DNA of 64,000 nt from an uncultured Gemmatimonadaceae bacterium (GCA_963817955.1 CAWFQK010000001.1:32001-96000); one strand, 5' to 3'. Positions 46,779 through 57,550 are shown, numbered from the stretch's first letter. The notes: generated from the sequence alone by a model not told the origin. Program-made: numbers and translations.

Positions 46779-48755
46779 TCACAACCTCTTCATGTCCTCG
46801 GCTGCCTCGATGACATGGCCAATGTCCCGCGACAGCGCGCTTGCTTCCTGGGTCGCGCTCGTCTGATCCTCGATCGCCGAGCCGATCCCCGAGGACCGTA
46901 GCTTCAGCAAATCGAACTTCAGATTCTGTAACATCAGGCTGGTGCTTTCGAGCTGGTTGGCCAGCGTGCGCCGGCGTTCGAGCAGATCGTGCAACGACGC
47001 CCGCTGCCGCTGGAGCAGCGACAAGCGCCGTTCCCGCTCCGCCGTTTCCGGCTCCGTCCCCATCGACGCAATGCGCGTGTCCAGGGCACCGAGCGATGCG
47101 CCGGACACGTCTGCGTCCAGCCGGTGCAGCGTCGTGGCCAATGACGCGGCGCGTTGCATCAGCGCATCCACCGTTGGGCGAACGTCCGGAATCATCTCGC
47201 GCTCGATCGGGCCCAGCGCGGCAACCATCTCGTGCACCATCGCGCGGTCCGACGCGACGCGACGCACTGTCTCGCCGAATGCGCCGGTCAGGACCTCGGC
47301 GGGCACCACCTCGGCGGCGAGCTGGTCGGGCGACTTCTGCACGCGCTGCGGTGCCGACGCCAATGCCAACGCACCACCTGACCCGTCCGGCGGCGACTCG
47401 CCGCGCTCGGCGCGTTCCAACCGCAGTTTCTTGCGAATTCCCTTCTTGAACGCGTCAATCGGCCCTATGCCGTCCGACCAGATCGATCCGCCTTTCCGCA
47501 ACACGCTGACGAACATGAACGCACTGGGGAAGACGAACCAGGGACCTGGGCCATGCGTGGCGACGTTGATCCCGAAAAAGAGTGTCGTCCAGGCCATCCA
47601 GCTGAACACGCTGCGTCGAAAGGCGACGACGCGATCATCCAGCGGACGATCATCGAAGTCCTTGTACCTGGTCGGCCAGACGACCTTGTCGTCCATCCCG
47701 AGCCCCATGCCGCCCACCGCCGCCCATCGCTGGCGAATGAGCAATTTGCGTTGCGTCCGGTACCAATGGCGCAATTCACGTTTTCCCAGTCCGGGCGGGG
47801 GCGACGGAAACATCGCCGGCACGGGCGCAGGCGACTCCGACAGAGCCGGGAGCAGTGGCGGAGACAGATCCTGAGGCACCGACGACAATCTGTGCCCGCG
47901 TGACGAGACTTGCGCGCCCGCCAGCGCATCGCGGAACTCGGCTGCGTCTGCCCAGCGGTCTTCCGGCCGCTTGGCGAGCGCGCGATCGATTGCCAGGGCG
48001 AGATAGGCCGGTACTTCCGGTCGTCGCTCGCGAATGGGCCGCGGCCGTTCCGACACGTGCTTCACCAACATTGCCGGCGTGTTTGCCGCCTTGAACGGCG
48101 TGTCGCCGGCGAGCATGTGATAGCCGACGACGGCAAGCGAGTACAGGTCGCTGCGGCCGTCCACCTCGCGTTCGCCCAATGCCTGTTCCGGCGACATGTA
48201 CGCCGGCGTTCCCACGGCCACACCCGTTACGGTGAGCCGCGTCTCGCCCGCCGCCGCGCGCGCGATGCCAAAATCGGTGACCATCGGCCGCCCGCTGGCG
48301 CGATCGATGAGAATATTGTCAGGCTTGATGTCCCGGTGCACCACGCCGCGCGCATGCGCGTACGCCAGCGCATCGGCGACGTCACGCAGCACACGCACGG
48401 TCTTGTCCACCGACCACGCACCTTCGCGCGCCAGACGCACGCCGAGGCTCTCGCCGTCCACGTATGCCATGACGAAATACACGAGACTCTCACCATCCTG
48501 CTCGTCCACACTGTAGATCGGGACGATGTTCGGATGATTGAGTTGCGCAGCCGTCTGCGCCTCGCGAATGAATCGCGTGCGCACGTCGCCGTTGAATGCG
48601 ACGTCGGGCGGCAGGACCTTGATCGCCACCGGCCGGTGCAGCCGCAGATCGGTGGCATGATACACCACCGCCATACCGCCGCGTCCGATCTCGTGTTCGA
48701 TCAGGTACTGCGTGCCCACCGCGACAGTGATGCGGTCGCGCAGGTAATCGTTCAC
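46779..48755 (-). CDS. Ser/Thr protein kinase with 2TM and C-terminal helical domain
   Basis: IGRGGMA, VAIK, HRDIKPDN, DFG, GTPAYMSPEQ. Confidence 0.95.
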   Translation of the reverse strand: MNDYLRDRITVAVGTQYLIEHEIGRGGMAVVYHATDLRLHRPVAIKVLPPDVAFNGDVRTRFIREAQTAAQLNHPNIVPIYSVDEQDGESLVYFVMAYVDGESLGVRLAREGAWSVDKTVRVLRDVADALAYAHARGVVHRDIKPDNILIDRASGRPMVTDFGIARAAAGETRLTVTGVAVGTPAYMSPEQALGEREVDGRSDLYSLAVVGYHMLAGDTPFKAANTPAMLVKHVSERPRPIRERRPEVPAYLALAIDRALAKRPEDRWADAAEFRDALAGAQVSSRGHRLSSVPQDLSPPLLPALSESPAPVPAMFPSPPPGLGKRELRHWYRTQRKLLIRQRWAAVGGMGLGMDDKVVWPTRYKDFDDRPLDDRVVAFRRSVFSWMAWTTLFFGINVATHGPGPWFVFPSAFMFVSVLRKGGSIWSDGIGPIDAFKKGIRKKLRLERAERGESPPDGSGGALALASAPQRVQKSPDQLAAEVVPAEVLTGAFGETVRRVASDRAMVHEMVAALGPIEREMIPDVRPTVDALMQRAASLATTLHRLDADVSGASLGALDTRIASMGTEPETAERERRLSLLQRQRASLHDLLERRRTLANQLESTSLMLQNLKFDLLKLRSSGIGSAIEDQTSATQEASALSRDIGHVIEAAEDMKRL

Positions 48756-48758
48756 CGA

Positions 48759-50696
48759 TTAGCGCGCCGCCGGACGGGAGGCCGGGCGCGTCCCCGTGTT
48801 TCGGCTTCCACCCATCTCGTCCGACACGTACAACGCGCTATCCACGCTGTCGGCAAGATTGAGGGCGTCCATCGCCAGCGACGTGATGTGCTGCGGAGTC
48901 TGCGAGCCGGCGTTGAGGCGGATGAGATCGAGCTTGATGTTCTGCAACGCCACCACGCACGTCTCGAGCTTGGCCGCGACCGAGTCACGTTTCGCGACGA
49001 TGTCGGACATCGCCCGCCGCTGCCGCTTCAGATACGCCAACCGGCGTACCCGCTCATCGCTCCCCGTCTCGTCTAGCGGATTGGCGGCGTCCTCGAGGCG
49101 TACGATCTCCGCCTCCAGCGCCTCGGACCCGCCGGGCGTCACATTCCGCTCGAGATCGGACATCGTGATCGCCAGATGTCTCACCTTCTCGGCGAGCAGG
49201 TCCGCGGACCGTCCGACGTCGGGAATCCGCGAACGCTCAGCGGCTGACATTCGGGCGAGCAGTCTGAGGATCTCGTTGCGGTCCGCTTCGGCGCGCCGAA
49301 TGCGATCGCCAAAGTTGCCGGCCGCTCCCACCACGTCGTCGGTGCTCGCACCGGCCGCCGGCAACGCCGTTGCTCCGCTGGTTCGGCTGAGCCGCTGACG
49401 CCGCTGCTGACGCATCGCCTTGCGTTCATCGCGGTTGAATAGCGCGCGCGTGTAGGTGAGCGCGTCGTCGGCGACGTCGATCAGATCGCGATCTCGCGGC
49501 TGGCGAAAGACGTCGCGCCAGTCGTATCCGTCGGCCCAGAGCTTGGCGTAGCGAAACGCCAGGTAGATGCTCCACAGCACCGTTAGACTGAACAAGTCGC
49601 TGCCGCCAACCACCGACGCGATCACGATTACGGCATTCACGAACAGGTACGGCGCGAGCTTGCGCCTGAACTTCACCACCGGCTCTTGGTCCCAGCGGCG
49701 CAACTCTTCCGACGTCGGCGCGCGCGTCTCCATGGAATCCACCGAGCCTGCGGCGCGACTTGGCGTCAGCATCTGCGGCGTGGAGGGCGCGAACGCTGCC
49801 TGGTCCTGCGTCGAGGAACGCTCGGGCACTCGACCCGTGTCCAGTGCCGCGACCGTGGCAGCCGCCGACGGGAGGCGGTTCGCGGGATCCTTCTCCAGCA
49901 GGATCATGATGATGCGCGCCAGATCCTGCGGTACATCGGCTCGGCGCTGGTCCACCGGAATCGGACGCTCGGAGATATGCTTGACCAGGATTGCCGGCGT
50001 GCTGTTGGCGATGAACGGCGGCTCGCCGGTCAGCATCTGGTAGCCCAGGATGCCAAGCGAGTACAGATCGCTGCGGCCGTCGATCGTCCGTTCGCCTGCG
50101 GCCTGTTCCGGCGACATGTACGTAGGCGTACCGATCGCAATGCCCGTAGCGGTGAGCCGCGAATCGCTATCGCTCACCGCGCGCGCGATGCCGAAGTCGG
50201 TCACCATGGGGCGGCCGCTTTGCGCATCGATGAGAATATTGTCGGGCTTGATGTCGCGGTGGACGACGCCGCGCTCATGGGCATAGGCGAGCGCGTCGGC
50301 TACGTCGCGCATCGTGCGGCGCGTCTCATCCACCGAGAGCGCACCGTGATCATGAAGCCGCTTTGCGAGGTTGTCGCCCGTGATGTATGCCATCACGAAG
50401 TAGACGATGCCTTCGGCTTCGTCTACCGCGTAGATGTCAACGATGTTCGGGTGATTGAGCTGCGCGGCGGTTTCCGCTTCGCGCAGAAAGCGCGTCTTGA
50501 TGTCGCTGCGGAACGCCAACTCTGGTGGCAGTACTTTGATGGCGACCGTGCGCTTGAGGCGACGATCCTTCGCCCGGTACACGACTCCCATGCCCCCACG
50601 CCCAATCTCCTGGTCCAATTCATAATGGGGGCTGAGCACGCGATCCACATGCGCGCGCAGCTCCGAATCCGAAGATGGGACGACAGGATCCGACAA
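48759..50696 (-). CDS. Ser/Thr protein kinase with 2TM and C-terminal helical domain
   Basis: IGRGGMG, VAIK, HRDIKPDN, DFG, GTPTYMSPEQ; FRRKLAPYLFVN is a 2TM-type motif. Confidence 0.95.
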   Translation of the reverse strand: MSDPVVPSSDSELRAHVDRVLSPHYELDQEIGRGGMGVVYRAKDRRLKRTVAIKVLPPELAFRSDIKTRFLREAETAAQLNHPNIVDIYAVDEAEGIVYFVMAYITGDNLAKRLHDHGALSVDETRRTMRDVADALAYAHERGVVHRDIKPDNILIDAQSGRPMVTDFGIARAVSDSDSRLTATGIAIGTPTYMSPEQAAGERTIDGRSDLYSLGILGYQMLTGEPPFIANSTPAILVKHISERPIPVDQRRADVPQDLARIIMILLEKDPANRLPSAAATVAALDTGRVPERSSTQDQAAFAPSTPQMLTPSRAAGSVDSMETRAPTSEELRRWDQEPVVKFRRKLAPYLFVNAVIVIASVVGGSDLFSLTVLWSIYLAFRYAKLWADGYDWRDVFRQPRDRDLIDVADDALTYTRALFNRDERKAMRQQRRQRLSRTSGATALPAAGASTDDVVGAAGNFGDRIRRAEADRNEILRLLARMSAAERSRIPDVGRSADLLAEKVRHLAITMSDLERNVTPGGSEALEAEIVRLEDAANPLDETGSDERVRRLAYLKRQRRAMSDIVAKRDSVAAKLETCVVALQNIKLDLIRLNAGSQTPQHITSLAMDALNLADSVDSALYVSDEMGGSRNTGTRPASRPAAR

Positions 50697-50988
50697 GCGA
50701 TTAGCTCTGGTCTATGGTCGGCGGGCAGGAATGACGCATTTTAGCACGCGTTCAATGATCCGGAAAGGATACGCCGGAGCGGCAGTGTCAAGACGACAGT
50801 AAAACCGGTTTCAATCGCGAAATGCTGCCAGCGTGACACATTTGGGCGAGCGCGTGATATGCACAATGCTTTATCAGCAATTGCCCGCCGCACGTAAACT
50901 TCAGCAGCCACAAGGCTTAGTGTACAGCTTGGCCGAATGGAATGGAGTGTGCGACGAGCTCTTTCGTTCTCTTACTTACGAGACCCAA

Positions 50989-53592
50989 ATGGCAACACGC
51001 CAGACACTTCCAGTCCTCCCGCTTCGGGGGACTGTCATCTTCCCGGGCCTCACCGCGCCAATCGCGGCGGGACGGCCGGGTACGCTGCGCGCGATCGAGT
51101 CGGCCCTCAAGGGCGAGCGGCTCGTCTTTGCCGTCGCACAGCGCGATAATACCGACGAACCCACGCCCGACATCCTCTATTCCATGGGCGTCATCGCGCG
51201 GATCGGCCAGATTCAGCGCGGACTGGGCGGCGTGCAGCTCCTGCTCCAGGGTGAGGAGCGCGCCACGTCGCTCCAGTACACGACCACTGAGGGGTTCCTG
51301 AGTGCGGTCGTCATGCCCGTCGAAGAGATGAAGCCGGTCAGCGAGAATGATCCGGCGTTCGTCGCTCTGCACAAGGAATTGCGTGAGCGCGCCGCGGAGC
51401 TCGGCGAGCGACGCGGGCTTCCCGAAGAAGTCGTGCACCAGGTGCTCGACGCCGTTACCGATCCGGGCCGGTTCGCCGACCTCGTGGCCGGCTACATCGA
51501 GCTCCAGCCCGCCGAAAAGCAGGGGCTGCTCGAGACACTCAGCGTCGAAGAGCGCCTCCGCCGTGTTCTCGTGCATGTTCAGAAGCAGATCGGCATGCTC
51601 GAGATGCAAGAGGAGATCAAATCGCAGGTCCAGGAGGAGTTGGGCGAACGGCAGCGCGAGATGTACCTCCGCGAGCAAATGAAGGCCATTCAAAAAGAGC
51701 TCGGCGACGACGATCAATCCAAGGAGATCGGCGAGCTGCGCGAGAAGTTGCTCAAGCTCGATCTGCCCAAGGATGCGCGCACCGAAGTGGAGCGCGAAAT
51801 CGGACGCCTCGAACGGTCCGGTCGTGAGTCCATGGAGGCACAGGTCATTCGTACCTACCTCGAGTGGATCGCCGAGTTGCCGTGGAGCAACCGCTCCGAC
51901 GACAATCTCGACCTCACGCACGCACAGACGGTCCTCGACGATGATCACTACGGGCTACCCGATGTAAAAGACCGGGTGCTGGAGTTCCTCGCGGTGCGTC
52001 AGTTGCGCGCGCAGCAGATGGCAGACGAGCTCAAACAGACGGGCGAGATGTCCATCTCGAAGCTGCGCGCCACGAAGGAAGACGCGACGCCGCAGCTCGG
52101 CAACAGCGCCGTCGGAGACAAGCCAATCACCGACCCGAAAGAAGCCAAGGCTCGCGCCATGGCCAAGGGTCCGATCCTGCTCTTCGTCGGCCCGCCAGGT
52201 GTCGGCAAGACGTCGATCGCCAAGTCCATTGCTCGCTCGCTCGGACGCAATTACGTACGTGTCGCTCTTGGCGGCGCCCGCGACGAAGCGGACATTCGCG
52301 GTCATCGGCGTACCTATGTCGGCGCCATGCCCGGCCGCATCATCCAGGGCATGAAGCAGGGAGGCAGCAAGAACCCCGTGTTCCTGCTCGACGAAGTAGA
52401 CAAACTGGGTGTGTCGTTTCAGGGCGACCCGGCGAGCGCGCTCCTCGAGGTCCTCGATCCGGCGCAGAACGACAACTTCACCGATCACTATCTCGGTATT
52501 CCGTTCGATCTGAGCGAAGTGTTGTTCATCGCGACCGCAAATTTCCTTCAGCCCATTCCTGGGCCGCTGCTCGACCGGATGGAGGTGGTCGAATTCGCCG
52601 GGTACACGGAGCGCGAAAAGGCGGAGATCGCCAAGAAGTACCTGATTCCGCGTCAGCTGGAGGAGTCTGGGCTCGGCGACAAGAATGTGGCGTTCACCGA
52701 CGAGGCGGTGGCCGCGGTCATCAGCAAGTACACGCGTGAAGCCGGCGTGCGGCAGCTCGAGCGGCAGGTGGGCGCGGTGGCGCGGAAGGTTGCTCGCCGC
52801 ATCGCCAGCGGCGACAGCAAGATGATCGACGACGGGACGATCGACGCTGACGAGATACGCGAGTTACTCGGCCGTCCGAAGGTGCATCCGGAGCACGCCG
52901 CCGAGGAGAACGAAGTGGGCGTCGCGACGGGTATGTATTACACGCCGGCCGGCGGCGACATCATGTTCGTCGAGGCCGCTATTCGCCGGCTGTACAATTA
53001 CGGCCAGCGCTCGTCGGACGACGAGAAGACTCAGGTGAGCGGGTGGGGCAATGTGTCGCTCATTCTCACCGGCCAACTCGGCGACGTGATGAAGGAATCG
53101 GCACGCGCGGCAATGACGTACGCAGCGACCCATGCATCCACGTTGAACATTCCCGAGGATCGCCTTGGATCCATCGAGGTGCACATCCACGTGCCGCAGG
53201 GCGCCGTGCCCAAAGATGGTCCGTCCGCCGGCACCACGATGTCAACAGCGCTCGTCAGCGCCATGTCCGGGCGCCCCGTGCGGAAGGATGTGGCGATGAC
53301 CGGGGAGATTACGCTGCGTGGCCGGGTGCTCCCGATCGGCGGGGTGAAGGAGAAAGTGCTTGGCGCGCATCGGGCCGGCATCTCTACCATCATACTGCCC
53401 AAGGACAATGAGGCGGACATGGAGGACATACCGGAGGACGTTCGCAATCAGCTCACGTTCCATTGCGTCAGCACGCTGGACGAGGTGTTCCAGATAGCGC
53501 TCATGCCGGTCGAGGAGTCCGCCAACGCGCATCCGACCATGATGGAGACGATGGAGGAGAACGCAGGGTCGATGGTGGCGCAACACGCGTAA
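50989..53592 (+). CDS. lon: ATP-dependent protease La
   Basis: LPVLPLRG, GPPGVGKTS, GHRRTYVGAMPG, PKDGPSAG, IGGVKEK. Confidence 0.97.
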   Translation: MATRQTLPVLPLRGTVIFPGLTAPIAAGRPGTLRAIESALKGERLVFAVAQRDNTDEPTPDILYSMGVIARIGQIQRGLGGVQLLLQGEERATSLQYTTTEGFLSAVVMPVEEMKPVSENDPAFVALHKELRERAAELGERRGLPEEVVHQVLDAVTDPGRFADLVAGYIELQPAEKQGLLETLSVEERLRRVLVHVQKQIGMLEMQEEIKSQVQEELGERQREMYLREQMKAIQKELGDDDQSKEIGELREKLLKLDLPKDARTEVEREIGRLERSGRESMEAQVIRTYLEWIAELPWSNRSDDNLDLTHAQTVLDDDHYGLPDVKDRVLEFLAVRQLRAQQMADELKQTGEMSISKLRATKEDATPQLGNSAVGDKPITDPKEAKARAMAKGPILLFVGPPGVGKTSIAKSIARSLGRNYVRVALGGARDEADIRGHRRTYVGAMPGRIIQGMKQGGSKNPVFLLDEVDKLGVSFQGDPASALLEVLDPAQNDNFTDHYLGIPFDLSEVLFIATANFLQPIPGPLLDRMEVVEFAGYTEREKAEIAKKYLIPRQLEESGLGDKNVAFTDEAVAAVISKYTREAGVRQLERQVGAVARKVARRIASGDSKMIDDGTIDADEIRELLGRPKVHPEHAAEENEVGVATGMYYTPAGGDIMFVEAAIRRLYNYGQRSSDDEKTQVSGWGNVSLILTGQLGDVMKESARAAMTYAATHASTLNIPEDRLGSIEVHIHVPQGAVPKDGPSAGTTMSTALVSAMSGRPVRKDVAMTGEITLRGRVLPIGGVKEKVLGAHRAGISTIILPKDNEADMEDIPEDVRNQLTFHCVSTLDEVFQIALMPVEESANAHPTMMETMEENAGSMVAQHA

Positions 53593-53615
53593 CACGCCAT
53601 AGCCACGTTGGCCGC

Positions 53616-53651
53616 CGAGGGACCCGGGTGCTCGCGCAACCGGGTCCCTCG
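53616..53651 (+). terminator. hairpin after lon
   Basis: CGAGGGACCCGG / CCGGGTCCCTCG 12-bp stem; no strong U-tract. Confidence 0.55.
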
Positions 53652-53710
53652 CTGCACATTTAATGTCTTCCTCGCCTGTTCGCCGGCGCCTCTCCTCCAG
53701 GATTCCCCGC

Positions 53711-55351
53711 ATGCCCGCATCACATATCAAGTTCCGCCAAGCATTGATCGTGCTCGGCCTCGTTGCCGTACCCCTCGCTTCCGCACTCTCCCAACGTGGC
53801 GGCGGGCGCGGAAATCTCCCTTCAGCTCAAGCCCAAGCCCAGACAACCGACAGCGCCACGAGCAGTCGTCGCGGTGGTGGTACCAGCGGAATTCCCGCGT
53901 CGGCGCACGACATCGTGCTGATGACCGAAGCGCCGCCGGTCGTGACGCATCATGTGATCACCGTCCGCGGACAGACGATCAATTACACGGCGACTGCCGG
54001 CATGCTGCCCATCCGCAACGACCAGACGAATGCCGTCGAAGGCGGCATGTACTATGTGTCGTACACAAAGGACGGTGCGAACCCGTCGACGCGGCCGATC
54101 ACGTTTGCGTTCAACGGCGGACCTGGCTCGGCCACCGTATGGCTGCACCTCGGCGCCTTCGGGCCAAAGAAGGTTCGGCTCATGCCCGACGGGAACGCGC
54201 CGCCGCCGCCGTACGCGTTCGAAGACAACCCGAACACACTGCTCGACCAGACCGACCTCGTGTTCATCGACGCGGTCGGTACCGGCTATAGCCGCGCTGC
54301 TACCCAGGCTCTGGGTGCGCGCTTCTGGGGACTCGACGAAGACCTGCGCTCCTTCCAGGAGTTCATTCGTCTCTACCTCACGCGCTATGACCGCATGGGA
54401 TCGCCCAAGTTTCTGGCCGGCGAGAGCTACGGCACGCTACGCGCGTCTGGACTTTCTGGTCTGCTCGCGGACGACGGCATCGTGATGAATGGCGTGGTGC
54501 TGCTCTCGTCGGTGCTGGACTATCAATATTCGTCGCAGACGAAGGGCAACGACATCGCGTTCATCAACTTCATTCCGACGTACGCTGCAACGGCGTGGTA
54601 TCACAAGAAGTTGCCGGCCGAGTTACAGAAGCTACCGGTGGATCAAGTAGCGTCGCTCGCCGAGAAATGGGCCGTGAACGAGTACTCGACGGCGCTGATG
54701 AAGGGCAATCGCATCCCGCCGTCCGAGCGTCAGGCGACGATCGCGCAGATGTCGCGTCTCACCGGTCTCTCACAGGATCTGATCGGCCAGAACGATCTGC
54801 GCGTTCCACTCGGGACATTCGACGCCGAACTGCTGCGCGATCAACAGGTAACCGTCGGCCGTCTCGACGGACGCTTCACGGGGTTCGCGCCGATCACCAG
54901 CGGCAGGGGCGGCGGGTCGGGTGTCGGCGATCCGAGCGACGTGATCATCCGCAACACCTTCACGCCGGTGCTCACCGACTACACCCGTCGCGAGCTGAAC
55001 TACCGGAACGAAGACTTGTACTACATCCTCGGCGGCGGCATCGGCCGCTGGAACTACCCGCAGAACCAGTACGCGACAGTGGTGCCGAATCTCGAGCGCG
55101 CGTTTGCCAAGAACCGGTACATGCGCCTGTACGTGGCCGAGGGCTATTACGACGCAGCGACGCCGTATTTCGCGGTGGAGTACACGCTATCGCATCTCTC
55201 GATCGATCCGCGCGTGGCAAAGAACAACATCACGGTGGGCAGATACAACGCCGGTCACATGATGTACATCGACGAGCCGTCGATGGCGCGGTTACGGGCC
55301 GATTTAGAGAAATTCTATGAGGCAGCGACCAGGGTCGTGGCTACGCCGTAA
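53711..55351 (+). CDS. S10 family serine carboxypeptidase
   Basis: FNGGPGS, DAVGTGYS, GESYG, GYYD, AGHMMY; signal peptide. Confidence 0.93.
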   Translation: MPASHIKFRQALIVLGLVAVPLASALSQRGGGRGNLPSAQAQAQTTDSATSSRRGGGTSGIPASAHDIVLMTEAPPVVTHHVITVRGQTINYTATAGMLPIRNDQTNAVEGGMYYVSYTKDGANPSTRPITFAFNGGPGSATVWLHLGAFGPKKVRLMPDGNAPPPPYAFEDNPNTLLDQTDLVFIDAVGTGYSRAATQALGARFWGLDEDLRSFQEFIRLYLTRYDRMGSPKFLAGESYGTLRASGLSGLLADDGIVMNGVVLLSSVLDYQYSSQTKGNDIAFINFIPTYAATAWYHKKLPAELQKLPVDQVASLAEKWAVNEYSTALMKGNRIPPSERQATIAQMSRLTGLSQDLIGQNDLRVPLGTFDAELLRDQQVTVGRLDGRFTGFAPITSGRGGGSGVGDPSDVIIRNTFTPVLTDYTRRELNYRNEDLYYILGGGIGRWNYPQNQYATVVPNLERAFAKNRYMRLYVAEGYYDAATPYFAVEYTLSHLSIDPRVAKNNITVGRYNAGHMMYIDEPSMARLRADLEKFYEAATRVVATP

Positions 55352-55361
55352 CGTGGCGCCG

Positions 55362-57425
55362 TCAGTATAGACCCTTCGGGGGCCGCGCCGGCATGAATAG
55401 CGGTCCCCACTGCATCACCTTCCACGGATTATTCCTCAACTGCGCCGGCTCCGTGCCTGGAAGGAAGTACTCCACATACCGCTTGCCTGGCGGCGTCAGC
55501 GGCGTCGCGATCTGCCCGGTTTCGCGATCGAGCTCGGCATACACGAGCCCGTCCGGCGGTGGACCCCAGCCGCTGGTCGATCGGCCGCCGTAATAGCGGC
55601 CGATCATCTGGCCCCAGATGGGCGCGGCGAGACCGCCGCCGACCGCTCCCGCCGTAATCGTCTTTGGCCGATCGAAGCCGAGCCAGACGCCGGCGACCAG
55701 CTCCGGGGTGAGGCCGATGAACCACACGTCAACGTTGTCGTTTGTTGTGCCAGTCTTGCCAGCGATCGGAATGCCTTCCGGCACGGCACGTCGCGCGGCG
55801 GTTCCGCTGCCCCGCTCCACCACGTCCTTCATCATGTCGCGCACGATGAACGCCACACGTGGATCGAGCACCTGCTGCGGTGTCGACGGCGGACGCGCAT
55901 ACACGGCGCGTCCGGCAAGATCATCAATACGCGTCAGGAAGCGTGGCTGCACGACCGCGCCGTTGTTGGCGAACGCCGTGTAGGCCGCGACCAGGTCGAT
56001 CGGGTGCACCGCGGACGCGCCGATGGCGCTGGCCGGCACTGGGTCCATTGGCGGGTTGATGCCCAAGCGTTGCGCCAGCGCCGCGACGGAATCCATGCCC
56101 GCGCGCAGCCCAAGCTGGATCGCCACCATGTTGCGTGAGTGAATGAGACCCTCACGCATGGTCATGTTGCCGAGGAACTTCCCGTCGATTTCCGTGGGCT
56201 TGTATATGTCGCCTGTGATGAGCGGAATCTCGAGCGACGTATCCGGCACGATCGCGTTCGCCGGAATGCTATCCTCGATGGCCTTGGCGTACACGATTGG
56301 CTTGATGGACGATCCGGGCTGGCGCAGTGATACCGTGGCCCGATTGAACGGCGCGCGCATGTAGTTGCGGCCGCCGACGAGCGCGCGAACGTCACCCGTG
56401 TACGGATCGATCGCCACCGCCATACCCTGGAGGTAATCGGTCTCGTTTCCCTTGGCCGTCGCCTGCGTCAGATGGCCATAGCCCTTCTGCGCCTCGATCC
56501 TGTTGGTGCCCTCGATCAGGGCAGTGACGGCCTGCCGCTGGAGCGCCGGATCGAGCGTCGTATAGATGCGGTAGCCGCCGTTCATGACCGGGATTCCGGC
56601 GCGCTCGGCCTGCTGGCGCACGACATCGACGAAATAGCCCGCCGCCGCCGACATGCCCGCGTTGGGCGCAGTCACCACCGGCTCAGCCTTCGACTTCTCG
56701 GCGTAATCCGGCGTGATGAACCCCTGCTCCTCCATCTTGGTAAGAATCAGGTTGCGCCGATCGCGCGCACGATCCGGATGGCCGATGGGATCGTAGTACG
56801 GCTGCGATTTCGGCAAGCCGGCCAGTGTCGCCGCCTCGGCAAGCGTGAGACGCGACGCCGAATGGCCGAAGTAGTGCCGCGCACCAGCCTCGATGCCATA
56901 CCAACCACGGCCGAGGTTGATCTGATTGAGGTAGGCCTCGAGAATCTGGTCCTTGGAGTAGTGCTTCTCCATCTCGCGCGCCGCCGACTGCTCGCGGAAC
57001 TTGCGTCCGATGCTGATGTCGCGACGATCGATCAGGTCGGGATGCAAGTAGCCGACGAGCTGCTGCGTGATCGTGCTCGCGCCACCACGGTTCTCCCCGA
57101 GAACTTTGCCTTTGATGGCGCCAAGCACGCCGATGACGTCCACGCCGTCGTGCTGATAGAAGCGCTGGTCCTCAATGGCAATGAACGCTTGGGAGACGTA
57201 TTTCGGCAACGAGCGGAGCGACACACTGGTCCGCATCTCGCGCCCGACTTCGCCGATCAGCGTGCCGTCGCGGGCGAACACGAGCGATGACTGGGGCAAC
57301 TGGACCAGTTGCCACGCTTCACCAGTGCTGTGCGCGGTATCCTGGGCGCGCGCCGGCCGCGCGCTGGCGAACGCGATAGCCGCGAAAATGATGGGCCGCC
57401 GCGAGACGGCCATGAATTGCTTCAC
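55362..57425 (-). CDS. class A penicillin-binding protein (PBP1A family)
   Basis: EDQRFYQHDG, GASTITQQL, RKFRE, SSIK, SRN, KTG. Confidence 0.95.
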   Translation of the reverse strand: MKQFMAVSRRPIIFAAIAFASARPARAQDTAHSTGEAWQLVQLPQSSLVFARDGTLIGEVGREMRTSVSLRSLPKYVSQAFIAIEDQRFYQHDGVDVIGVLGAIKGKVLGENRGGASTITQQLVGYLHPDLIDRRDISIGRKFREQSAAREMEKHYSKDQILEAYLNQINLGRGWYGIEAGARHYFGHSASRLTLAEAATLAGLPKSQPYYDPIGHPDRARDRRNLILTKMEEQGFITPDYAEKSKAEPVVTAPNAGMSAAAGYFVDVVRQQAERAGIPVMNGGYRIYTTLDPALQRQAVTALIEGTNRIEAQKGYGHLTQATAKGNETDYLQGMAVAIDPYTGDVRALVGGRNYMRAPFNRATVSLRQPGSSIKPIVYAKAIEDSIPANAIVPDTSLEIPLITGDIYKPTEIDGKFLGNMTMREGLIHSRNMVAIQLGLRAGMDSVAALAQRLGINPPMDPVPASAIGASAVHPIDLVAAYTAFANNGAVVQPRFLTRIDDLAGRAVYARPPSTPQQVLDPRVAFIVRDMMKDVVERGSGTAARRAVPEGIPIAGKTGTTNDNVDVWFIGLTPELVAGVWLGFDRPKTITAGAVGGGLAAPIWGQMIGRYYGGRSTSGWGPPPDGLVYAELDRETGQIATPLTPPGKRYVEYFLPGTEPAQLRNNPWKVMQWGPLFMPARPPKGLY

Positions 57426-57550
57426 GTACGGACTCCTGTGGGACCGCTGATTGATAACCCGAAATCTAGAGGTTTGTTGTGATGACGATCCGGAAGGCGC
57501 GCTGGAACGGCGTGCTCGCCCCCCTGCCCCGGCTCCCTTACTCTTAGACC

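Noticed and set aside
50938..50952. GG-N10-GC sigma54-like element upstream of lon
   Set aside because: Flanks match the consensus poorly (TGGAAT...GTGC) and there is no convincing IHF site.
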